A stretch of DNA of 64,000 nt from Takakia lepidozioides (lineage: Eukaryota > Plantae > Bryophyta): assembly GCA_030704615.1 (NCBI GenBank), contig CM060732.1:50778001-50842000 (forward strand). Reading direction: 5' to 3'. Below the pieces are notes generated by a model, which ran no database searches, had not been told where the DNA came from, and saw nothing but the letters and a program-made list of their open reading frames with translations. The position numbers and the translations under genes are program-made. Positions 13,271-24,100 of this stretch are shown here, piece after piece (positions within the stretch are counted from its first letter, which is position 1; every line of letters starts with the position of its first letter).

Positions 13271-13737
13271 ATTGCCCTTGTTACATCCAAAACATGATTC
13301 ATTCCAATGGCGTGGTATGTGAACATTGTGCTTCATATGAAGATTCAATCAATAAAATTACTAGCAAGTTGTATTGAGTATGGTAGAGTAGGAGTTTGGC
13401 CCATGTTCGATGCAACCCATTTGTTTATCGTGATCCTGCAATGGAATATTACTTTATTCGACTTCCAAGTGGACGTTCAATGAATTGTTCAATACTGCTA
13501 CGTCACTTTGAGCACTTCAATGTCAAATGGACCTCTTATATGACACATTTTGAAACAAGTATGACATCACCTGAAATTAAAGTTCAATCACACATTACAC
13601 CATGATATTATTAATATTTCAATTAATTTTAATACAAATATATATTAAGTTTAGTCCGGATTTAAGCCAAACGTCCAGAATTAATTAAAATAGTGTTGTA
13701 AGTACACAATGTGCCGCCTTGGTGGTTTGGGGTTTTA

Positions 13738-14219
13738 GAGCCGGGTTCCATGGGCAACTGCAAGCTCCCCCCATAAATCGCCCCACGATTAACGAGGCGC
13801 TATTGGTTATTAGAATATTCTTTAAGGGGCGCCCCAATGGAATTGGCCCTTGCTAAGGGGCGCAAAAAGCAAAAAGACGTCCCTTCACAAGGGGCGATCG
13901 AGTTTCAAGGCGCCCCCTCACGACACACCCGTCTTTTCCTTCGGCGGGCCCACAGCCTTACAAAATACTATTGATTTCCATCCAAAGTAGGTTAGATTTT
14001 AGGAGAGGGAATGATTTTTGACATTTTCATCCAAAACTTATATTAATTGTCATCTAATTTGTCATGGCCCACAACAATTGGTGCCAAAGATTTTCTAGAG
14101 GGGTGAATGGAAAGGTGTCCATGAAACCACTCCCTCTCATTTTTAAGGGGCGATTCCCTCCTAGGGGCGCTTGCTTGGGGAGGGGGGGGGGGGGTTTGGA
14201 GTGCCCATGGAACCGGCTC
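13738..14219. mobile_element. PIF/Harbinger (Tourist-like) MITE
   Basis: TIR GAGCCG(G)GTTCCATGGGCA / TGCCCATGGAACCGGCTC, flanked by TTA on both sides (13735-37, 14220-22). Confidence 0.85.
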
Positions 14220-15133
14220 TTAACCCCTAAACGACGAGCCAACCCGAATCGGGTCGGCCCGATTTTTCATCCATCCGTAGCATGCGTGGATGAAGTCCGA
14301 TGAATGAGTGGCTTGAACGAAAAATGTAGCGCGGAACGAGCTGCACATGCAGATCTTTATGGCGCGCCCGAACAGAAAAAAAACTCAGCTGTCAGGAATT
14401 TTTTGAAGTTTGAAAATTGCAGGATTCTGGGTGGAGGGGGGGGAGGGACATCGGTTGACCGTCGACATGGCAGTTGGCAGCGGCCACGCTGGTGGGATTT
14501 TGCAGCGGGGGGCCATGCATGGGTTGGAGTCGGCTGCTTGTGAGGCCCTCCCCAAAACGCTGAGGAACACGGGGACGGTTCGAATGAGCTGGCCCTGGCA
14601 AACAATGGGAAACCTTGACGTGGCCCGGAAAACGTCGCCAGATTCAGGCGAAATTCCGGCAACCAATTGCCTGACCTGGAGGAGGCCAAAAATTTCACAA
14701 AAACCCACATCCCAAATGCAATTTAGGGAGTTTTTGGGAAATACAAAGCACCCCCCCTTCATTTTGGCAGATTGGGGTGAAATTTGGTGTGAGGGTTTGG
14801 GATTGTGCACTTCACAGGAATATAGTACTTTTTCTCCCAGGAAAATTTGGGATCATGGATAATTTTCTTGGTCAAACATGAACTCTTGCTTTGTTTTTTC
14901 CATTTTCCAAAAAATGCACCCTCTTCAAATGTTATAATCTCCCAAACTACAAGGTGGAATCTCCCCAAATTTTAGGGGCTTGTGCATGTGGTAGGTAGAA
15001 AGCAGTTTGTATGGTTCATCCACGTGGATGAACATTAGTGGGCAGGTAGCCGCTGACGTGTGAGGGTGGGTCCCGGAATTGTCCAAAAATCCAAAAACAC
15101 CTCTCGTCCTATAGGGGCTAAACCTGTTGCCTC

Positions 15134-15240
15134 CTGTAGGTCTCATGGCCCATAAATGAAAGGGGGTTAATTTTCCCCCCTCCTCAAGGGCCTGAATTGT
15201 CGGCTATTGCTCCCAGGTTCCTTTTAATTCTTTTTTCTTA
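15134..15240 (+). mobile_element. SINE 3' segment (same family as 29577 and 30719 copies)
   Basis: ctgtaggtctcatggcccataaatgaaagggggttaa...ccctcctcaagggcctgaattgt is shared by three loci. Confidence 0.7.
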
Positions 15241-18129
15241 AAGAATTCATTGTAGCCTTTAACCCCTAAGCGCTTATTCGACCCGTTCTCGGCCGAATGT
15301 TTTGGTTTTTCGGCTCTGTTTTTCCTCGGATTTTAACGATTAACCTGATTTTTGGAGGGTGGGATCGGATGTCAGCCACATGGCAATCAAGATTCCAATG
15401 CGCGATTAGGTTTTTTTTTTTGGTTAGGGTTGCAATTCTTAGCTGCACAGGAGGTGGGGTCTGCTTCTGCAGCGATCTTTGCTTGCTCCCGCGTTTTGTG
15501 CGTCATCTGCATCGATTGCCAAGTGGGTACGCTCCTGGGCGCCTCAACCGAGCAAGTCAAGCGGATTGTCGGGTGCCTGAATGAGGGTAGATCTCTTTAC
15601 TAAATATGTTCAAAATACCATTATCTATCACTAAAAAAATATTTTGGATAGTATCAGCAACTTTTTGTTTTTTGGTCATGGACTTTCATGGAGCAGGATC
15701 TGCCGTTTTTGGTCCACTCAACCCTACAACTGCCCCAAACACACGAGGACCGACTCCAAGGACACTAAGACGGTGAAGAGAAGAGTGGATCGGACAATCA
15801 CTGTCGCTCTATCTGAGTCGGTCATACAAGTAACCTCCACTGGACAGTCGAGGTTGCCATCTGGTGCCACAGAAAAAGACGATAACATTTGTCATAGAGA
15901 TGGGAAAGAGGAGGAGCAGCCTACCCAGGGATCTCAACCGCCGCCCAAAAAAACGGTAATGCTTTCAACTCCATTTTTCCTTTTGTCAACTTTGGGATTT
16001 CTGAAATTGAAATTAATAATGAACTCTTCTCTTATTCCACAGGACAACATGCATTACCCTCCAGTCGACTATTCCCTTTCTGTCAATCCAAACGATCTGC
16101 ATTCCCTTCCTTGGGGACCGAACGGATGCCGGCCAGGATACTACGTCCTGGTTCTAGACATCGGTTACCTTTGTGAGGTTTTCCTAAATGATGGAAAGAA
16201 AACACCTCATGCCACCCAGCCTTGTATCTCCGCAGGGAAATTCAAGTTAGCTACGCGAAACGGTCTTGACGAATTCGTTAAGTGGGCCGTCAAAAAGTTT
16301 GCCATTTGTTTTTGGAACACTGGACCTGAAATGAATGTCAAGACTATCGCCAAGGCCGTGTTCGGGAAGTACTATTCCCAGGTCAGAACTTACAACAGTG
16401 AGACTTCCCTCATGCATAGATCGACATTCAACAAAAAATGGCCTAAAGCTCCCAAAAATCCCATCCACTTTAAACGTCTTTACGACATTTTCGTTGAGGA
16501 AGACCCGACAGCTTACAAATCCAATACTCTCCTCATCGACACTATAGACAATATGTACAAGTCCTACTTGAACCCTTTAGGACATACCATCTTCCTTCCA
16601 AAATATAAGGCGCGCGTGGACCCTGACAGAGATAAATTTCTACTGGAAGAGCTCAAAGCCTCACCTTAACATGTTCCGGTTATCGGGGATGGATGTCATG
16701 CCATTCAACGAGCTACATCATTTCGGCGTTACGAAGGATTTCTTCGAGGACGACCCAGTGGTCAAATTTCTTAGAAACTTTGATTATAGGTGACAGAAGT
16801 TCCTTAGCAATCACGAGTTGCGTACCGCTGCATTGGGACATAAATTTTTTTAATTGAGTTTGGTGAACCTCGGCTGTCCAGTGGACATTCTTGTTCACTT
16901 GCCTGGTGTCGGTTTATCCAATGCATTGTACTGTTCCCTTTTATCATCCTAGTATGAATGACTCTCTGGCAGATTGGAGCACCTATTTCTCCTCCTGCGC
17001 AAGGGTTGCGTTTGATTATTTTTGACGTGAATGGAGTCTTGTGCAAAATATTGAAGCACCAGTAGAGCTACAATGTCCCCCGGTTTTCAGAATCGGACTA
17101 CATAATTCATTACAACAGATCGCGGTATATATGATTGTATATATGACTATCCCGTAGTCATAAACGGTACATATGACTGCAATGACTTTAAGTCGTGCAA
17201 ACCAAGTGAATACAATGAGTACATGATGGTCGGTCACGTATGACTGCAGTAAGATGAACCAAGTGATACATTTCACTGTCATTTGGCAGTCATATGTACT
17301 TCTATCATACATGACTTAGTGTGCTGCTGCAAACTGTACACGTGTCTCTTTTTAATAAGTCCAGGAGGTTTTCGTGGATGTGCGCCATGTGGCATCTCCA
17401 AAAATTGACACGTGGCATATTATGAGGAGGCCTTGCAGTCATTATCTTGACTACCAACATGTTGATATCTGGACCCGTGGCATCGTACGATTAGCTTATT
17501 TTAAATTTTAAATGTATTTAAAGTCATTCCCATGACTATGCTTGTAGGAGCTCGTTGCCATGTGTTTTTCCAAGGATATGACACATGTCAATGTATGATG
17601 CGATGTTAGTGTAGTCATGGTGCCTACTGTAAAGTGGTTTGTTGGGTTGGACGCGTGGCATCAAATTAGTTGTTTGAGAATTTGGTTTTTAAATATTATT
17701 TGGAAAATCATAACACACCATCATTCACAAGAAAGAACAAAGTGACAAAGTGCAAAGGACATAACAGAGACACTGAAGCCAATAGCAGATGTAAAAAGAG
17801 ATTCTCTTAAACAACTACCAGTCAGATTTACAAAATAGCGCTGTTGTCCCAGAATCTAGCTCCTCAAAACACAGTCTAAGGGCACAAGTTCATCACCCTG
17901 TATTTTTGATTGAATACTTTTGTAAGTAGCACCATGTGCACTGAAAACAGAAGCAGCCCTACTTTGTGTGCCCCTTTAGCTATCCCTACCACAACACCCA
18001 TAATCCATATACATCCTCCCCTTCGCTGGACAATTAGGGATTACTCTGAAAAGAGGACAGAACAGGCTGAAATGTATTGAAGATGAGGGTACCCGATTTT
18101 ATCAAGTGTGCAATTGCTATTGTTGCTTC

Positions 18130-18400
18130 CTGCTACATCCACGAGGCTCCTGCACTCAGCATATATGTGAGTTGCATCCACCCAATTAGCTTACTTGAAT
18201 AATTCAACGTGAAAGGGGGAGCGGGTACATCCTTGAGCCACACCTTGGTCTATGTCATAAAAGTTAGACTTCTGTCCATTAACCGTTGACACAACATTTT
18301 GGTGTGAGCATGCAAATTATGGACAACTCTCCACATCTTTCCCTTGATCCCCAGAGTGGGAGCCATAGACCGTCTCTCCACACTGTGGAGAAATGGATCA
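18130..18400 (-). pseudogene. LINE reverse transcriptase fragment
   Basis: STVWRDGLW / LGIKGKMWRVVHNL / VNGQKSNFYDIDQGVAQGC in shifting frames. Confidence 0.65.
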
Positions 18401-19205
18401 TGTGCACACGGAGGAACCACACTGCAATGCAGCAAACAAAGGCACTAGAATTGAGAGGAGGAGCACCTGAAAGGAGGAAAGGTGAAGAGGGAAGAACAGA
18501 GCTAAAAAATCCTGCAAAGAAGCCCACAACAAGCACTTCTTGTGTGCAACATTCCACCACACGAAGGATGTCCCTTTGATGGAGACACACAAACAAGAGC
18601 TGAACCACAAGGGACAGTCAAGGAGAATGAGCATGATGCGTCAGAGACAGAAGGAAATGAGGACGCCTGTGACCAGATTTGGAGAAGATATGATGAGGAG
18701 AGGAAAACTTAAGTGAAGAGGACAGACCTGTTCCAGCAAAAGCCAGCCTGTGAGAAGCACTGAAATTAATGGAAATTGCAGCTTAGAGTGGAATCAGCCC
18801 AACACATGGAATTCTTCCAACTGTTGGGCATGAGCAAATTAAAACCACAGAGAGTAAATGCATGGCAATGCAGCAAATGAAGGCAGTATTGAGGGAGAAA
18901 CCACCTAAATGGCTGGAACATGAAAAAGGAGAAAGTCCTGCCAAGGAGACCACGACAAACACCAAATGGGAGTGAGAATCAAGCACACAAAGAGTTGCCC
19001 TCTTGCTGGCCCTCTTGGATGATTCTGGACCCACACTCTATCTCTACTCCTTCAGCTATCCATGCCTGATCTGCACAAATCATGCATTCATCCTTGCCTT
19101 GCTGCTAGCAGATGACAATGAAAGCCTCGAATTGTTCTGGGAAACACCCAACTCAACTCCCCATGCACCTCTTTGCCCTTTTCCCGGGCTTCACCCCTAC
19201 CCCCA

Positions 19206-21150
19206 TCATTTGCTCATAGGTCTCCAAAGCCTCCATCCCACGTCCCCGCTGTGCATACCCTGCAAGCACGCACTCCACGACACCACATCTCGTTCAGCCA
19301 TAGTGTTGAACACTCCCTTTGCATCCTCGATGCACCCACATTTTGCATACATGTCCACGAGGGTATTGTTCAGAATGACATTTGGTACAATTCCAGATCT
19401 GAAGATATCGCCATGGACCTCTTTCCCCTTTTCCAGAGCTGCCAGGGCAGTGTTCATAATGACATTTGGTACAATTCCAGCTTTGATGATATCGCCATGC
19501 ACCTCTTTGCCCTTCTCCAGGGCTCGATGCACCCACTTTGCATACATGTCCACCAGGGTATGCCTCAGAATGACATTTGGTACAATTCCAGCTCTGAAGA
19601 TGTCGCCATGGACCTCTTTCCCCTTTTCCAGAGCTGCCAGGGCAGTGTTCATAATGACATTTGGTACAATTCCAGCTTTGATGATATCGCCATGCACCTC
19701 TTTGCCCTTCTCCAGGGCTCGATGCACCCACTTTGCATACATGTCCACCAGGGTATGCCTCAGAATGACATTTGGTACAATTCCAGCTCTGAAGATGTCG
19801 CCATGGACCTCTTTCCCCTTTTCCAGAGCTGCCAGGGCAGTGTTCATAATGACATTTGGTACAATTCCAGCTTTGATGATATCGCCATGCACCTCTTTGC
19901 CCTTCTCCAGGGCTCGATGCACCCACTTTGCATATATGTCCACCAGGGTATGCCTTAGAATGACATTTGGTACAATTCCAGCTCTGAAGATGTCACCATG
20001 GACCTCTTTCCCCTTTTCCAGAGCTGCCAGGGCAGTGTTCAGAATGACATTTGGTACAATTCCAGCTTTGATGATATCGCCATGCACCTCTTTGCCCTTC
20101 TCTAGGGCTGCCAGGCTTGCACAAGCATTCCTAATGCACACAAACATGATGTGGTTGGGCTTCACCCCTTCCCCCATCATTTGCTCATAGGTCTCCAAAG
20201 CCTCCAAAGCCATGGACCTCTTTCCCTTTTTCCAGGCTTGCACACGCATTGCAAACACAAACTAACGTGATGTGGTTGGGCTCACCCCTTCGCGCATCAT
20301 TTGCTCACAGGTCTCCAAGGCATTCGTACCACGCCCATGCTTGGTAAATCCTGCCAACATTACATTCCACGTGATCAAAGATCGTTGAGGCATTCTGTGT
20401 TGAGCACTTGGTGATCATCCATGATGCTCCCCTTAACATACATGTTGACAAGGGTGTTGAGTAGAAAAATGTTCGACGTGAATCCACTTTGGACAATGTG
20501 AGTGTACACCTGCTTTCCAGCTTTCCTGCCAAGAGCCAAGGGCCAAGAGCCAAGAGCCCACATTTGCAGGATGGACAAACTTCTTCACATCGTACATTAA
20601 AAAAAAGCCACACCTTGCGATCGCGGTTGTCCCATCATCGTGAAGGATCTGTAAAACCCTCAATATGCCAGCTCTGCTCTGCCGAACAATCCAGGGCCGA
20701 GTCTGATGGGAAGGCAAACCAGGCTGAAACAGGTCGAAGAAGAATCCTGCCATCATTAAATCCACGTGATCAACGCTCGTTCATAAAACAGGGATTGTGT
20801 TGTACTGTGTTGCACCCAAGCATCTGCACTAGGAAGACAGATGAAAATGCTCAATGGAAGTAGTATTTGGCTTCTCTTTGCAACTTCGATGCTGCTACAT
20901 TTGGCATACATGTCTACCAGGGTATCGTTCGGAATGACATCTCGTACAATTCCAGCTCTGATGATGTCAGCATGGACCTCTTTGCCCTTTTCCAGGGCTG
21001 CCAGGCTTGCACACGCATTGCATCTACAAACGAACGTGACCAGGTTTGCCTTTACCCTTCCCACATCATTTGCTCATAGGTCTCCAATGCCTCCATCCTG
21101 CATCCATGCTGGGGCATATCCCGCGATCATCACACTCTAGGTTTGTTCAG
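19206..21150 (-). pseudogene. PLS-class PPR gene fragments, including ORF 19206-20258 with internal tandem repeats
   Basis: Motifs GVKPNHIMFVCIRNACASLAALEKGKEVH, LVDMYAKCGCIEDAKGVFNTMAERDVVSWSA and NIFLLNTLVNMYVK. Fragmented, and no E/DYW domain is visible. Confidence 0.85.
19345..20110. repeat. 195-bp tandem repeat, about 4 copies (84 + 111 bp subunits)
   Basis: gcata(c/t)atgtccac recurs at 19345, 19540, 19735 and 19930; copies are near-identical. Confidence 0.95.
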
Positions 21151-24100
21151 CCATATTCTCAAACACTCCCTTTGTATCCTCAATACTACCACATCTGTTT
21201 CTGGATACCCTAAATTTGACAATGTCACCATGGACCTTTTACCTTTTTCCACAAAGGTAAAATTGAAATACAGACTGCCAAGCCATGCTGAATCTCCCAA
21301 GATAACAGGAGCCAAGAGCCCATTGCGGTTGCGGTGCAGGTTGCGCTTCACCCCGCATCAGTAGCTCAATACAAAGCTTCCATCCCACGCCCAATCCTGC
21401 GATCCTCGCGTTCCATGACACAACAGCTCAATACTAAGAAACCGCGCAGGAGAAAAAAGAAAAAAGACTAAGTCCCGGCCCTCTAATGGCCCTCTAATCT
21501 AGCCTCGCAGTCAGATATACCGCGTTCTGTTGTAGTAATTCCAGCTCTTGTCGGATTCCGACTTGTCTTTAGACGGGAGAAATATTGCGAAGTGTGGACA
21601 GAGTTGCACAAATACTTCCGGTTAGGGATTTGGAGCTCTATGATGTACAAGAACTTGCAGCCCATCTTGGATTTTTTGCTTCGTGGTCTACCTCAACCGG
21701 CCTTCGTTATGTCTCAAGAGGATTGTATTTCATGTCCTACTTCGGTTCACCCTCAATTCAAATCAGGATTGGACCCTCATCATTTGTTTTTGAAGCCACT
21801 GATCAAGGTCTAGTAGAGATTTGGTGGACAATATATCAAGAGTAACACTCTGCTCATTGACGACACCGCCATGAAGTGTGAATTGAACCCGCCCGACTCA
21901 TGTCTTGTTCTCAGACCGTTCCAGACCGTGGAGACTGATGGTTGTTATCTTCTCAAGGTTCTTCAGACCTATTTGCTTGGAATGAGGAACATCCCACTGC
22001 TTCAAGCTATCTTAGGAAAAAAAAAAGATAGGGTTGAGTTTTTTTCCCAATGTTTCAAACAATCCCAAGTTTAGCCCACTCTGGGATTTTATTGAGGACA
22101 ACGGTTTTAAGAGTCTCAGATATGATGCTTCAAAATAAATTATTTTTTATCAATCCTATCTCACTCGAGCTATTGAATATCTTCATGGTTTCTGATTTTC
22201 AATTCCTTATAATCACACACGTGATAGATATGGTACTCTAATTTTCACTCATTTTTTAGTTGAATTCTTGACGCACATTCCGGGCAATCCCAAGACTCTG
22301 ATACAGGCCTTCATACGGGGACATGACTATATCTAGTGACCTCCACTGTTCAGTGGAGGTTCACATTCTTGCACTTCCGGATTTATGATTATGTCTCTTT
22401 GGCAGGTTCAAGGAGATGCTGACAACGTCATCGGTTCCTCAAGTCCCCTAAAGGAACCCTCCGGATCAGCAGTGAGTCGGAGTATTGAAGGCTTTCCGAG
22501 GGTTCACGATGGTGCTCAAATTGAGGGTGGATCCTCTGTCAGACCCTTGTCCTCTCGGGAAGCGAGCGACACTCTTCTCCTCTCGGGTCCTCCTGGGTGT
22601 AAAGTCCAAGGTGCAGGTGAAGAACACAAATATCTCGAGACTTTATCGACCTCTCTCAACATTCCTCACCCTCCCTGTTCAGTACGCAGGGTCTGGTCTA
22701 TCCAACCCGCAGGGCAACCATCGGGGACTCGGCTATGGCTCCGCTGCACCTGGTTCCGTCTCTTCCTCGCATATCTCCCAGCACGAGGGTTGGACAGCCC
22801 AAATCCGCAGGAGTCAGGTGACTTAAACTCATTTCTCGTTCCTTGCTCATTCTCCTAGTTTCACTTAGTTTGGGGTCTGATATTCATCTGTCGCTCCAGG
22901 TAAGAAAATCTGCAGATTATGACCTTCCTGTCAAACGACGTCTGCATTGGAATGCAATTCCGAGGTAAATTATTCATTTGTTGCGTTTTCATTCCATCCA
23001 GGATGTCGAGTGCTCAAGGGACAATTTTCTATGCTTGCCTGTTTTTGCCCCTCCACTCCTCCCATCGTTCAATGGCAAAACATCTCAAACATCGACACAA
23101 CGTGACCCTGAACTGCTGGTACAATGTTCTGCACCAAAGAGGCGAAAAAGAGCCCCCGAGCCATTTCCTTCCTCTGCAGGAAATCTTTCCAACGGACAAA
23201 AGGCTGACAAGAAAAAAAGAGCGGACTCCAAACACATGAGGACTCCCTCGAATGTTGTGGCGCCTCGTTAATCCAAGCCCGCGGGAATCCACAATTCTTC
23301 TGCAAGACATTCCAATAAGGCTTCAATGGTACATTTCAAAACAATTTCTCCACTTTCGTTTGTAGTTTGTTTTGTTGTCCCAAACTAACTCCGTAATTTT
23401 TATACAAGCGAGTATGGAGCCGCATAATTTCTTGAATGTGCCTCCCGACAAGGTGCTTCCACTAACCTCCAGTTGACAGCCGACGTTCATCTTTTTGTGA
23501 TCTCGAAATCTTCGATATATGGTCTACTCTTGGTCCTTTACAGTTAAGTCCATTGTCGGGACACTTATGTCTCCGAAAACGTAGAGATCACTCTGAAACT
23601 AAGAAACACTACATCGTGTTGTTTCTGACGGTGGCAACACTTAAATTGCGCAGGATGGTCGTCCATCAACCTTCATTTGCCACAACGGGGAAGAGGAAAC
23701 GGATGTTGTTAATATTGAGTATCAACGGACTCCTCTACTACCGGCCACCTCCAACCGGCGGTGAATTGTTTAAGGAGAGATTTCGTTTCAGGAAAGTTAC
23801 AGTTCATGTTCTCGACAGACCTTTTGTGGTTCACCGGCCCGGAGTCTTGGAGTTTCTCAACCTTGCGTTCATGCATTTTCACGTGGCGATCTGGTCATGT
23901 GCTGAAAGAGATGTTATTTGTAGGATGCTCGAGTGCTTAGTTCCTACGAAAATTGCGAAGAAGTTTTGTTTTATCTGGTCAGCTGAGGATTGCAAAGATA
24001 CTACCGGTTAAATCATGCCTGGGATGAAATATCTCGTTAAGGATATTTGCACTGTTCTTGCCAAGTACCCTGGTATACCCTTTGCAACGCAGGGACAAAT

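Larger units (their letters stand above)
17108..21537. mobile_element. Non-autonomous CACTA (Pack-CACTA) carrying PPR and LINE-RT fragments
   Basis: TIRs CATTACAACAGATCGCGGTATAT (17108) and ATATACCGCGTTCTGTTGTAGTA (to 21537), 3-bp TSD ATT, ATGACT/AGTCAT subterminal repeats. Removing the element rejoins the NIF frame (DYII|PALVGF). Confidence 0.9.

Noticed and set aside
14054-14968. Several 60-150-aa overlapping ORFs
   Set aside because: No recognisable domain. They lie in GC-rich TE terminal sequence.
19003-20190. 395-aa and 261-aa plus-strand ORFs
   Set aside because: They are antisense shadows of the PPR repeat, kept open by the 195-bp period.
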